Numbered from the stretch's first letter, positions 1 to 12,758 are shown. The stretch: 64,000 bases of DNA from Rhina ancylostomus (GCA_030265395.1 JARFYF010000017.1:26260856-26324855), one strand, 5' to 3'. Made by a program: numbers and translations. Notes: generated by a model from the letters alone, not told the origin.

Positions 1-1001
1 ATGAAGACTATGAAAGTGTCATCTATTGAAAGAAAATGGCCAAGTCTGAGTATAGAGCTGTAAGTTGAAGATGGATATAGTGGAGTCTTACTTGCCTATC
101 TCAGAAAATAATACGTTTTACAGAAAATTCCTTCTGGATACTAAATAACATGTACAATTTGTGATAAGATTAGTGGTCTTTTGGTATTCCATGTTTTCCC
201 ATATTCTCAAATCATTAAAATAGAAAACAATTCAAGATAAAGATCAACCAGACTGCTTTCAGTTCACACATTTTAAAATAAATCTAATTATGAAAGTGCT
301 TCAATTTTTTTTACCAATTAGTCAGATATTATCTAACATGTCATCAATTGAAATGCTTTTTGAGATTGTAGACCATTTAGATTTTTCTTAAAGATTTTAT
401 TTTGACTCATGAATACTGATTGTGGATAGATCTGCAGTGTATTTACTGATTCATGTCTGAAAGCCTATTTATTTTAATTTGATATTCAATTTGTATCTTT
501 ATTTTATGATTAATTTACATAAAGCCTGGATGAAAAAGCTAAATACATCACTGCTCTGAAACAATGGATGCTGGTCCTATCTATCAGATGTACAACATCC
601 AGTCTGCACAGTTTAATTCTCAGTTTAATTTTTCAAAGTTCAAAGAAATATTCACTGCTATAAATTATTTTTCCATTTAGCTTCATATATTTCTTTATTT
701 TTCATAATAAAAATGAGATTTAAGTACACCAAAATCTTGATTCTTCAGGTGGACCTCTCAGTTAGCTTTTCAATAGCAAGGAAAGGAAAATGTAGGCACT
801 GACCACAGGGAGATTGTGAAATCAAAGATCGTTTAGGGATTCCAAGCTATAGTTGAATAGGGGGATGTTTGAAGGGTTTTTTTGCAAGAAGCTAAGGGAA
901 TAGGAAGGGAGTGACATTTTAATAAAATTCATATAAATCAGGTGCAAAGTGTTTGGTAATGGTGGAGCTTAGTAAGCAAGAAGAAAGAAACAATGTGGAG
1001 T

Positions 1002-1655
1002 CACAAGAGACTGCAGATGCTGGAATCTAGAGTGAAAAACAAGCTTCTATATGAATTTAGCAGGTCAAGCAGTGTCCGGGGAAGCAAAGGGATAGTCAAT
1101 GTTTCAGGTCCAGGCCCTGCATCAGGACTGACAGTGTAGAGGGAACATAGTCAGTATATAGAAATGGGGGGGGGGAAGGGGGGAGTCAGAGGCTGGCAGG
1201 TGATTGGTGAACCAGGCGAGGTGAGGGATAATGGGCAGATGGAGCCACATGAGGAAGGGGGAGGAGGGAGTTTTGAGACAGAGGCTGATGGGCGATAGGT
1301 GGAAACAGGTCAGGAAAAAATATGAGCAGACAAAGCCAGGTGGGAAGAGTGAACAGGGGAGAAAGAGACAGAGGCTAGAAGGTGATAAATGGAACCAGAT
1401 AAAAGAGGGATGATGGGCCAAGGGAGAGGAAACCCAGGTGGATAGGTGTGTGGGTAATGGGCTGATGAAACCAGATAGGGGAGGGTGATGAATCTAATTA
1501 ATGGGGGAAGGGGATCAAAGAGAGAACAGGACCAAGGTGGACCTGCAGGAGTGGCAAAGAAACACAGAGGGTGTGTGTTACCTAAAATTGGAAAACTCGA
1601 TGTATGGACCATTGGGTTGTTGACTACCCTGGTGAAACATCAGGTGTTGTTCTTA
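1002..1655 (-). mobile_element. Penelope-like element 3' end: GIY-YIG ORF C-terminus, 3' UTR and terminal repeat (pLTR) with degenerate hammerhead core
   Basis: Minus strand ~1652-1578 reads EQHLMFHQGSQQPNGPYIEFSNFR*, matching the vertebrate Penelope ORF end (EQHLIFRLGSLQPxGMNIEFSNFR*). Then a pyrimidine-rich UTR and CAGTC-CTGATGC-AGGGCCTGGACCT-GAAA-CATT-GACTA (rc of 1093-1130). Confidence 0.85.
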
Positions 1656-1686
1656 AAGCAGTGTTACGGAGGCAGAACGTGGAAGA

Positions 1687-1779
1687 GAACATAGAAAATT
1701 AGGAGCAGTAGTCAGCCTTTGAGCCTGTTCTACCATTCAAGACGATCATAGCTGACCCTCTATTACAATATCATGTTCC
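1687..1779 (-). mobile_element. CR1 LINE 3' end fragment
   Basis: gaacatagaaaattaggagcagtag...gagcctgttctaccattcaagacgatcatagctga is the reverse complement of the elasmobranch CR1 3' terminus; it runs into an N gap. Confidence 0.75.
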
Positions 1780-2878
1780 NNNNNNNNNNNNNNNNNNNNN
1801 NNNNNNNNNNNNNNNNNNNNNNNNNNNNNNNNNNNNNNNNNNNNNNNNNNNNNNNNNNNNNNNNNNNNNCGTCTCCTCACCTCTGAATCGTCTCCCCTCA
1901 CCCATCGCCTCCCTCCCACCCCACCCCTCATCTCCCTCCCACCCCACTCAACTAAGTAAAACATCCTCCATGCATCTAGCCTGCAAGCTCTTGGACATAG
2001 ATATAAGGCAGCGAGGGAGGTAAAGGCAGGAAAAACCCATCAAGGTAGTTTGGGACAGGATCACTGAAGGGGTGGAAAACATTGAATTTGAAATAACGGG
2101 GCATGGGAAGCCATCAGAGATCAAAGACAACAATATTAATTGAAATCTACCTCCATTAGAATACCACTACCAGTAGAAGAATCCAAGGAAATATGTGGAA
2201 CCCAGGACATAAAAAAACAGCAGTCAACGTCACAGATAAGCTTTGAAATAGATTTGCACCTTTTGCTAAAACCACACAATGGTGATAGATGGTAGACTAA
2301 TCACAGAATAGAGCTTTACCATTTGCTAAGTTTTTTTTACATTGAAAATCTTAAGTTTTGAAAAGACTCAAGTAGGAGAGAAGGACTTATGTCTTAAAGA
2401 TGAGACTTTGGGTTTACATTTTCAACATATCAAGGCAGTCTGCTCCAGTACAAGGCCCCTTGCTGAGAACACAGAAGTTTTATTCGACTTCAAAGTTTCT
2501 TAGTACTCAGATGTATGTATCAAAATCTATCGGGTTAGGATATGAAATTTCCTGATCTGGGGTTTTCACATGTACTTGGCAAGTGAACATGGAAAAACCA
2601 CCCCTCATGTTCTATTTGTGAAATCTTAAAAGGTTTTGACATTTAGAGTAATTTTTAATTGGTAACAGTGCTAACTGTCTTCTAAGCATTCTTTTATTGC
2701 CGTAAAACTAATCACAGACAAAACCACATTATTATTTCTAAAATATATTCAAAGTAGTTTGTACTTTTCAACCAATTAAATTAAAAGCTTTGTAAAATCC
2801 AAGCGCTTTGTACTAATTAGTCAGACTAAGCCAAATATAAAATTAGAAAATACATATATATTTCCCATGGGATGTTTA

Positions 2879-3120
2879 GGAACATAGAAGTTAGGAGCAG
2901 AGTCGGCCATTTGGCCCTTCAAGCCTGCTCTGCTGCTCAGTACGATCACCCAAATTCAGTACCTTGTTTCTGCTATCTCTCTGTATCCCTTGACCCCGCC
3001 CCCCCACCCCTCAGCCCCAGGAGCTATATCTAAACTTTTCTTGAACATAGTGATTTGGATTCAGCTGCTTTCTGTTGTTGAGAATTCCACAAGATCATCA
3101 CATCTGGGTGAAGAATTTTC
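2879..3120 (-). mobile_element. CR1 LINE 3' end fragment
   Basis: gaacatagaagttaggagcagagtcggccatttggcccttcaagcctgctc...gagaattccacaagatc...ctgggtgaagaatttt; same family as 1687 and 21088. Confidence 0.8.
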
Positions 3121-3329
3121 AGTTTTTGGTGACGTTAGAAATATGCTATTGCATGGGTAAGGATCATAAAGTTCTCAAACACATTGGGCCATACATGAGT
3201 GAAGTGAATGTGTGAAGAAACACCCACAAATAGATGTACTAACTGTGCCAATAAGAGGAAAAGGATACATATGTTTCTAAATTCATATCAGTTAATTATG
3301 TTATAAATCAATTTATATTTTAACTTTTC

Positions 3330-3600
3330 CCTTCTTATCAGATTCCATGATCTGCAGCCTTCCATCACCTCCCAGCCTCTGTTGATATCTCCATCCTTCT
3401 CTCACCAACCTGACTCCATCTGCCAACCCTCACCTATCCCTTTCCAGTTCTCGCCTCACCTTGCCCCCTCTCCTCTTTACACTTGCTATCTCTTCTCTAC
3501 TCTTTCAGTCTAGTTGAAGAGTCTCAGCAGTAAATAATACCATGCCTACACCTTTTAGGGCAGAGCTGAGCACTGAATCCAAATACTGCAGGATTTAGCG
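3330..3600 (+). mobile_element. Degenerate Penelope 3' UTR/pLTR fragment
   Basis: Pyrimidine-rich tract (cttatcagattccatgatctgcagcc...cctcccagcctctg) ending in a decayed core, cagtctagttgaagagtctc; resembles the reverse complement of 1090-1400. Confidence 0.55.
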
Positions 3601-4017
3601 AGTGCACAGCTGGAGAAGCACGGGAAAAGATGACATTGGAGACCTGGGAACAGCCTGTCCATTTTACCAAAGATGGCCTGAAGTTCCCAATGAAAGTGCT
3701 GGACTCCTGTATAGATATATTGCAGCACAGGAAGCCAGCAAGCCAGAAAATGAAGCAGCAGTAAGAAGAAGTGTACAGAGAGATTCATGTTTAAACCAGG
3801 CAGAGAGGTTACCCTCACAAGGCAGGTCAGGGTCAATGGAAACAGCAATAATTCCAATTTACTAACAGCTGTGTGGCCCTCTCATACTTAACACTACACC
3901 AATACTCAGACACACATTTCAAGACTTACACACTTCCAGCTATTCCAACACACTAAGCTGCACTCTCACCCCTCCCATTCAAGAGAGGATGCAGCACAAC
4001 TGCAGACTACAGCGTGG

Positions 4018-4260
4018 AGACACAAGAGACCGTAGATACTGGAAGCTGGAGTGACAACAGTCTGCTGGAGGAACTCAGTGGGTTGGGCAGCATTTATGGA
4101 GGGAAATGGACTGTTGACATTTCAGTTTGAGACCCTTCATCTGGACTGTGTCAGATAATTCCAGTCCAGATGAAGGGTCTCAATGTGAAGCATCAATTGT
4201 CCATTTCGCTCCATAGATGCTGCCTGACCCATTGAGTTCCTCCAGCAGATTGTATTTTGT
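4018..4260. mobile_element. Fold-back Penelope-pLTR-derived miniature element with two inverted hammerhead-like cores
   Basis: Arms ~4055-4148 and 4162-4260 are imperfect reverse complements around a 13-nt loop; the left arm has an extra ~34-nt tail. Possible degenerate TSD: tgcagactacagcgtgg (4001-4017) / tgcaggctgtagcagtgg (4261-4278). Confidence 0.85.
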
Positions 4261-4459
4261 TGCAGGCTGTAGCAGTGGGCTGGTGGGAGGCCCCGTTTTA
4301 CCTATTGACTTTCACCTGTAGGGTAGAGTGCTCACCATCCTATTCTTAGCCAATGGCACTGGAGGGTCAGAGTTAAGATCATCAACAGCAGTTTTTCTTC
4401 TCACATCTACTCTGCCCTCATCCCACAATTTCTTCTACCTTTCAAAATTCATATAGTTT

Positions 4460-5300
4460 AGCCTTCCCCATCCCTTCTCTTCACCATGACAACAAAGCAT
4501 GGGACTAACTCTGCAGAGTACAGCAGGATTCTCCCCGAGGTCTCCAGGAGGCAGTAAGGCTTCTCGATGATGCTGTTGGCAGGCTCACTATTCTCAGCAT
4601 GGCAATGATTGTGACTGTACTCTGTGGCATGGTCAGAACCCTGGGCTACACTGAGCATCCATGAACAGAGGATGTAGGTTATGTCACTCAAGAATCCAAA
4701 GGTTCACCTGATCTAGTGACTGAGTCCTGTGTGGTTCTTGGAATCACATTTTTGACCAGGATCTTCTCTTCCTTCATTAGTCATGCATTTTCTGTAAGTT
4801 CCGCAAGTGATGGCCTTTTGGGATCATAAACAGCTTTGGAATGAAATATGAACACCACTTGGGAGCAGTCTTTCACTTCTAAATCTTCAGAAATCCACAG
4901 TCTGTCCAAGCCTGGCTGGCCCGTGTTGCTGGAGGATATTTGCTCAAGGAGAAGAGATGAATTCTCCTCTCCTTCAGTAGAGAGCCTCCATGACATTGTG
5001 AATACATCAGTGTGCTGCAAACTGCGAGACGAGTCATAAAACAGCTGCTGCTGTCTGCAGTGATTCAGAGGCTGATACATGACACACAACCTCCTCTACA
5101 GACACAGGAATCCCAGCACGGGTGCATACTTACAGCTCAGCCTGAAGGAAGTGGCAGAACTCTGTCACCACTGCCCTTGAAAGTCTTCGCTAGCCCAGAA
5201 ACATTGTTGCTCAGATAGGTGCAAATACAAGACTACTTCCTGCTGTTCAGACCTGACTTCTTCTGGCCCACTGTGTGTTAGTTGCATCAATGTACACCAG
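4460..5300 (-). pseudogene. Old L1/Tx1-type ORF2 AP-endonuclease remnant
   Basis: Minus-strand fragments occur in the expected order: FRLSCKYAP (cf. RLxxVYAP), GLDRLWISEDLEV (cf. SRIDRxxxS), then VKRRDG. Heavily frameshifted. Confidence 0.4.
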
Positions 5301-6179
5301 TTTGACAGGTCAGATTTGAAATGCGGGTTGCATGACAGTTGATGGCAAATCTATGTACTCTATTTGCTTTACAGATGTGAGTGATATGCATGGAACAGCA
5401 TGATCAAAATATTTAGTATGTGCAAGATGCTTTGTAATTAGGAGGGACTGCAGGGTAGGGTGATGGGATAGATATACAACATTAAAAAGAACAACATGTA
5501 CGTAGGCTGGTCATCCAAACCTCTACTGGCATGCTGACAGGTTCTTTGTATGACTGTTGTTGAGGTTGTTGGGGAAGTGAGTAAGGGAATTCTTGCTAGC
5601 TTTGCGCTTGCCGAAAACAACTCATTTCAACTTGGTAGTCTTCAGTGTTTTGCTTAATGTGTGTACTCAGTGGCTAAGGATTGGTCTGGAAATGACCATG
5701 TAGAATTCTTTGTGGGACTAATTTTCATTTCTGTAAGAAAAGAATTGATGTGATTTAATGAGAATAGTTTGTATTAATAATATGTCCTTATCAAAGCTTA
5801 CAAAACCTTCTCCTCTGTAATTTGGAATTCAGAACAACGTCTGCTGGAGCCCAGCTTACCAACACTGCCTCGGTAGAAACGCCTAAACCCTGTCTCCAAC
5901 TTTGGATGTGTAGTGCTTGACCGTTGTTCTAGAAACTGCTGTCAGTACTCTCTCATTTATGAGTTGAGCAAGTTATTGTTAAGTTTGTTCTACTTAATTT
6001 TTTTTGTCTCCAATGTAATATTCATAGCATTTCACTGTGGAATTGGAATGGATTTCCTCATTCACCAGCCTACTCAGATCTGCTGGCCCTGCAATTCCCC
6101 AGAGTTTATGAACTCTCAGCTGGGTCCACAATCAAAGTGGAGAAGTTTTGGCAGAGGAGAGGGAGAGGAGAGGAATTAG

Positions 6180-6292
6180 CTGATGTGGAAACACTCAGCA
6201 GGTCTGGCAACATCTGTGCAAAGGAAAAAAGAGTTAACATTTCAGGTCAAACAGCCTTCATCAGAACAACATTTTCTGTTTTATTTCAGCTT
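6180..6292 (-). mobile_element. Penelope-pLTR-derived repeat with hammerhead-like core
   Basis: rc of 6233-6267 is GTT-CTGATGA-AGGCTGTTTGACCT-GAAA-TGTT-AAC; the family motif ggaaacactcagcaggtctggcaacatc is present. Confidence 0.75.
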
Positions 6293-6769
6293 TCTTGATT
6301 TGTTGTTCTTGTCTGCAGATATTTGATTTCCAAACAGGGTAGCTCTTCCCTTCCCTGGTTTTCACATATCCTAACCACTGTCTGCATCAATCAGCACTGC
6401 TTGGAATAAGAGGGTTAGTCTAAAATTCCACTGTACTTGGAAGAATGGACCCAGGCTGATACTTTAGTGGCAGTCAGCGGGAGTCAAGGTGACACAGCTC
6501 CCTCAGATAACCATGCATTTAACCAACCAGAGACTGGAACTCCAGCATTGTTCTCATCTTGCAGAAGTGGTGGGTCCAGCACACACATGTTCTGCTCCCT
6601 TCTGTATTGTAAATATGCACCTAGTTACATTATCCTTCATGGCTACATCTTTCTTCAATTGTTCTTGTACAAAATCATGAACTGAGAGAGGGAGATACCA
6701 GAAAATTTTGCTCACCCTGCCCTTGAAGCTGTTGGAAATTATACTGAATGTAATACATTAAATGGAAAG

Positions 6770-7597
6770 TTAGCCACAGGAAGAAAGATTGATGGAGTGA
6801 GTGGGTTGAGCGAGGTGTTCTCAGTGTTGAGGTACGAGATGCAGGTGGGGCCTATAGCTGACTCCTCAGTCACAGCTGTCACCCAAGTCATCTTCTGTTT
6901 CACTTGGGGATCCAAGATGCATGTCTCAGAGAATGGAGGGAAAAACATGCCCAATATTGTCCTCATCCTTATGGCCATCTTTGTTTGTGGCTGATCAAGC
7001 TGTGCATAGAAACGAAGTATGCAAACACCAAGTATCACTACATGCTGAGGTTCTACCTGTCCCCAGTGTAGCGAACAATGGGCCTGGCCTCATTCCTACA
7101 CAATGTTCCATGCAGTAGGACTTTGCTGCACCATCTGTCCTTGTAGAAAAGTTCCTTCAGAAAAACACCTTTAACCACAAGTCCATCAGGCAGAGTTCAG
7201 CACAGAACCGCAGGAAAGAGACACAATGGATCCTGTGGAATGGCTTCTGAACCGACTGTCAAAACCATTTGGCAGAATACATCATTGCTTAAACTCAGTA
7301 ATAAGCACAAAGAACTTCTTTTACTCGCAGTAAGAGTGACTTTCTCCTTCAGATCCTTCCTGTACGGTCTGAGTCTCACTCCCAACATATGGTGCCGTCA
7401 AGATGGCTGTGATGAGGATGAGACCTCTTTGTGCACTGTGTGTTTACAAAGAAGGTCTGGAAAAGGATGCAAGGATCCTTGTCAAGGTTCATCCCTAACA
7501 GTTGTGTAACAGAAGACACTGGTCTATGGGCTGTTCCCAGGGACACACACTGAGACAACCATCAAGTGCCACTAGAAGATCATCAACTTGGTGAAAG
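6770..7597 (+). mobile_element. Tx1-clade non-LTR retrotransposon, ORF2 post-RT region and C-terminal Zn-knuckle (disrupted)
   Basis: VTQVIFCFTWGSKM...ENGGKNMPNIVLILMAIFVCG; TVKTIWQN...LSNKHKEL...WCRQDGCDEDET...CVFTKKVWKRMQ. Homologous to the minus-strand copy at 26370-26920. Confidence 0.8.
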
Positions 7598-9117
7598 NNN
7601 NNNNNNNNNNNNNNNNNNNNNNNNNNNNNNNNNNNNNNNNNNNNNNNNNNNNNNNNNNNNNNNNNNNNNNNNNNNNNNNNNNNNNNNNNNNNNNNNNTGA
7701 CTGATGGTCCCTTTAAATAATACACTTGCAGTGTTTGTGCCTAACACTCAGATGTAATTTTCTCTGTGGAATCTACAGTGAGTGCTATTTGCATAGATGT
7801 GCAACAATTTCACAGGTATGGCGTTAATCATGTGTTGGAGAAGGATTAAGACATTACCCCCATGTGACCTCTCCATGTTTCAGGCAAAACAATCCTATCT
7901 GATTCAATTATGCCTAAGGAGATAATATCATTTGCGGTGATTCTTGTGTGAAACAAAATGGCACCAGGGCTTTGGAAATTTAATTTGGTGTGTGCAGCTA
8001 CTCCAATCACACATCCACTGATGTATCTGCCCCAGAGCAATAACCCATTGGCTTTTTTTGCTTTAGTTTTCCAATTATAATTGAAACTGGAAATATTGGG
8101 ATGTAGGATGCCTTCATGTGAATATGAGGCATTTTCCCAGGATGTGGGATAAAATTTACCTCCATTTGCCAAATAGAAATGGTGTAGAGTAGGAGGGTGA
8201 GTTATTTGATTGCCTTTTGAGTTGAGTAATAGCGTGTGCCATGAAGCAAAGAAAAAAATAACCAAACAAATGGGAGCTGGAATAAAGCTATGTTGTCCTC
8301 TCTCCTAATTATAACAATGATTGTGTTTTGTCAAGATACTGGAAGTTCCATAAATAAGTAAGGACCAATTTTGGTTAAGATTTCTTTTTCCCCAAAGAAT
8401 ATGTTGAATTACCATGTAATAAGCATTATCACATTTTTGTTGCCCTTTAAGTGTTTGGTAATCAGGATGCAACTTTACTAACCATAGTTGGATTGTATTG
8501 GGTACAAATTATACTAAGTAATGTAAATGGACTCCGAAAACAAGCAGAAATGAGAAATATGATGCTCTGGGGACTGCTCTTATTTTATTATTTATGAAGG
8601 AGAATATCCCTTTTAGGACTCTTGGGAATCTGTTATTGTGAACAAGAACAAGGATTTTCATGATGTCAAGACTGCTTTGAAAAACATGATTATTTGGACC
8701 TCACAATGTAATAGTTTTATAGAATGTGCAAAAATGATGTTTTTCACCATTTCTTTTCCAGAATATTTGACTAAATTGAATTAAAAGTAGTCACTGGTCC
8801 TATATAATTGGAGTTTGCAGTTTTTACTTCAGAAATAGGTATTTAAACTGTCCATGAATTCTATTTTATAATTTACAGTGGCTTAAACAACATTTTCTGT
8901 AGCCATTTTTGCAGCATTAGGAGACAAAACTTTAATAGATTCAAAAGTTTTAGTGTGCAAGAAAATGAATGTCTAAATTCAGCTTGTATAATTATACTCC
9001 ACTCATGAAGGAAGATTCCTCAACACAGTTGGAATCTGTGGACTAGAAATTGTAAAACAACAGAACAGGTTCATAAAAGCAACACTGAATGGGGGAAGCA
9101 GACAAGGTTGGTGCAAG

Positions 9118-9287
9118 GCACACCAAATGCTGGAGGAACTCAGCAGGTCAGGCAGCATCCATGGAGGGAAATGAACAGTTGACAATTTGGGGTGAGACCC
9201 TTCATCAGTGCTGCATGTCCTGCTGAGTTCCTCCAGCATTTTGTGTGCATTGCTCCAGATTTCCAGAATCTGCAGTGTATCTTGTAC
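9118..9287. mobile_element. Compact fold-back Penelope-derived element with perfect 15-bp TSD
   Basis: CAAGGTTGGTGCAAG occurs at 9103-9117 and 9288-9302. Inverted arms aaatgctggaggaactcagcagg / cctgctgagttcctccagcattt; rc core CTGATGA-AGGGTCTCACCC. Confidence 0.9.
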
Positions 9288-12200
9288 CAAGGTTGGTGCA
9301 AGTGTCCCGAGTAGCAATATTCTCTGATGCTCAAGCCCCAGGACATCCTATGTGATGGCAGAGGGCTTGCACAGTGCACCTTGCACTAAAGCCTTCTTTC
9401 ATTGAGATCCTAGCATTATGGAGAATAGTGATGAAGGATGTCAGTTGAACATTAGACTAAGTGGGAAAGGAAATTTGCAGGTGGGGAGGGTGGGGTGGAA
9501 TTGCCAGAGGTGATGACTGCAGAGTTAGAGATGATTGCTGGAGAAGGTGATTGCTTCAGATCAATCAGAGAGATGATCTGGAAGAGCATCAGGGTTGTCT
9601 GTTGGGGTTGGTTGAGGAGTCAAATAGGTTGGGGATTAAGGGGAAGATGAGTAAACAGAGATAGGATTAGCCAGGAATTGGTTGGGGAGGTAAATTGTGT
9701 GATACTCCACAGGACATTGGCAACAAGGTGATGGTCTCATGCTTTTCCTATTCTACTTGCAAGAAAATGGGTGTCTTAGGCTCCCTGACAGGACCTTTAT
9801 GTAATTCCAAAGCAGGACTCAACCCTCCTGCTGTCAGAGTGTGGGTTTAGCACCTGTCTGAGGATGAATTTTAAACCCCTCCCTCAGTTAGCGATGTTGT
9901 AAAGATTGGCGTTAGGGCATGGGTGTGTGTGTGAAGGGACCTTAAATTTCTAGCTTTAAACATATGCAAGGACATTGATCACCAATTGCACCTACCAACA
10001 TCCAGCTCCATAGAAGCTAATGAAATCCAACTTGTGCTCAAGACATTTATTGTGAGCAACCAAAAATTAATTTTTCCCCAGCTATTTTTATCACACATGC
10101 TGGGTGACCTTTTTTTGGAGGGGCTGGGAGGTGGAATTAAACACAGATTATCACTTGTAGAATAATGGATTGTCTGGGGGCAACAACTGAGACCTGATAT
10201 TGGTGGTGGCTGACATGAAAACAAGTGGAAGAGTTGCATACAGGAGCAGTGAAGCTTAGCTCAGCAAAGACACTTGTTACTACACAAGGCATATTTTTTA
10301 ATGTATTTAATTATTTAATAGATTGCCAGCATTGTGTCACACAGATTAGGCCTCCGTTTGCAGCAGAGACAATGGGGCAATTTTTGTATAATGTACTGTC
10401 AGGCACGAATTTCAGATTTTCACTCTGTCACCTTACTACTTTGCAGCTGCCAATCAAGGAAGAAGCCTAAATTGCGGGTTAACGATATGCAAATTATGCA
10501 TGGTGGTGGTGTAGAAGTCTGCCACAGAGAAAATTTAAAATGGCAGAAAAGAAGAGAAAATAGATATAGAGTCAGCACTTACTTATTGTGGAGATAGACT
10601 TAGGTGTGCTTGCAGGCACAGAGAAGAATTTGAGAATCAAGGGCTCAATGTGGATAAACAATCATAGAGAGGAAAAAGATCAGTAATACCCCACAGGTCA
10701 AGAGATCACCAAACATTAGATGAAAATGGGTTCTGTTCATGCATGGTGTGGAGGGCACAAAACATCCAATATATATTAAAAGTGGAAGAAAATACAGTAT
10801 ATAAGGAGTCACTTAAGATGAGAAGTGAAAATCCAAATTCCACAAAGAAGGTAGGAAAGCCACTGAGGTAGGTACTGAACTAAATGTGTCACAATCAGAA
10901 GTTGCTGGCAGAAATCTGAAGACCACTATTGCTGTAGTAAATCCTGACAAAGGCAGAGATATACAATTGCCCATTAGATAAACTCATCATTGCACTTTTT
11001 AAAATAGCATCATGTTTATTTAACCAATATAAATTGTGTTAATCGCATAGTAACCAAAAATGATTTTCTGAACTTTTATTTATCCTGAAAAAAGCAAGAT
11101 AATCTTTTGACAATGTAAAACCAGTTATATTTTTCAAAATAGGTTCCACATTTAAATAATGACTGAGTCTCACTCAAAGTAAGTGAGGCTTGACGGCTCT
11201 GAATAATTATTTATAAAATTCTCTTGGTCTTAAGTGATTCATCTCTTGCCTGTCGTGCATTTCAATATTGTTAAAGGGGCAGTGTTTTTATACACAGATG
11301 ACACAATTGCTTGTGACTTTACAGATTACTTTTTTCTTGGTTTTAATAAAATCAATTAACTCAATACCCTCTCTATGCTGTGTGGCTGAGGGGTTGATAA
11401 ACTCATGGGCTAAAATTAATGCCCATAGTTAGGGAAGGGGACAAAATCAGTTCGTCTTCCTTCCACAATTTCCAAATAAAATCTGCTGGATAGTGAGTGA
11501 GGACAGTATTACATAAGAGCGTGATATTGACAATGGCTGATAATGCTCATAATTCCTTTTCTGGAGTTATAGGGGCAGTTCCATGATATTAAAATACTTG
11601 AAAGAGATACCATGAGCTCTGTCATTATAACACATGCACCTGTTTCACCTGTTTCTGCTGGAAGTATGGAATCATGGAATCATCCCTCATGCCCCAGTAT
11701 GAGTCACCCTCAATAGGGAGGCTCAAGAAAACTGAAGATGTGTGTGGTCAGAGATGTAAGGAAAAAACATCTTTTGCTTCACAAATATGCCACAGATCAA
11801 AGTGTTATTGTGAGAAACTGGCTTTCTGGTTGTGCCTAGATGTGCATCTGTGCTAAGATCCTTAATATTAAAACATCTCTTCAACAACAAAAGCGCATTT
11901 CTTTTTTTGTTTCTGTTTAATTAATTTGAACAGGCAGAATGATATATTTTTCTAGTGCAGGTATAGAAGAACCATGGTCAATGATTTTTTTCCTTTGTGA
12001 AACAGGCCTGGAGTGGAAATGCCAATCTATTTATGAAATAATTAAAAAAATCAAGAAGTATAAAACACAAATAATGCAAGAAAAACATTTATTTTGGTAA
12101 AATTTATATTTTGAAACTGTCCAATTAAACATGTACTGATCACCATATCTGGCTTCCTGAATTATTCATTAAATACAAATAAAAACAAAAATGATAACTT

Positions 12201-12758
12201 TGATAAAAAAGATTTGCAAGCAAAGTCTAATAATTATGCCACAACAGTTAATTTGACTCAACTAGTACCCATAATATGCAAAGTTATGCAAATTAGTTTT
12301 TTTGCTTCAAGCTATACCCTGTAAATCAAAGAATCACACCATTCAAACTGACTCAGAAATGCTGTTTACTGACATTCATAACAATGTTACAAAATATGCT
12401 TTTCTTATTCGTTTTTGAATAATATAAGCTGTAACTAATTTGGAATAAACTTCAGTGCTACATCAAATTCACCACTGTTGAAATTCACCAAGGTGCAAAG
12501 GTGCTCCAGAAGTTTTCACATCTCTGTACCTATTTTTTAAAAAACTTATCAGTATTATTGAAAGTCATTTAATTTTTGAGCATTTCTTAAGTGGTATTAT
12601 ATGAAGAAATATAACTTTATAAGATTTTGAAATATATGTATTTAATATTAATTGTCTGAATATTCAATCTGGCAGCAATCAGTGAGTTTAAAATGTTTTT
12701 AATTTTCTTAATAAAAATTAACAAGAACTATGTTATTTAACATTAGTAGTTGGTGACT

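Noticed and set aside
1165-1185. G-run as a functional G-quadruplex
   Set aside because: It lies in the low-complexity Penelope UTR and the repeat explains it.
4018-4260. DNA-transposon MITE or pre-miRNA interpretation of the fold-back elements
   Set aside because: The arms are homologous to the Penelope terminus at 1002-1130, are asymmetric, and have long variable TSDs.
10863-10880. let-7-like TGAGGTAG seed (also ~56443)
   Set aside because: The match ends after 8-9 nt and there is no precursor hairpin.
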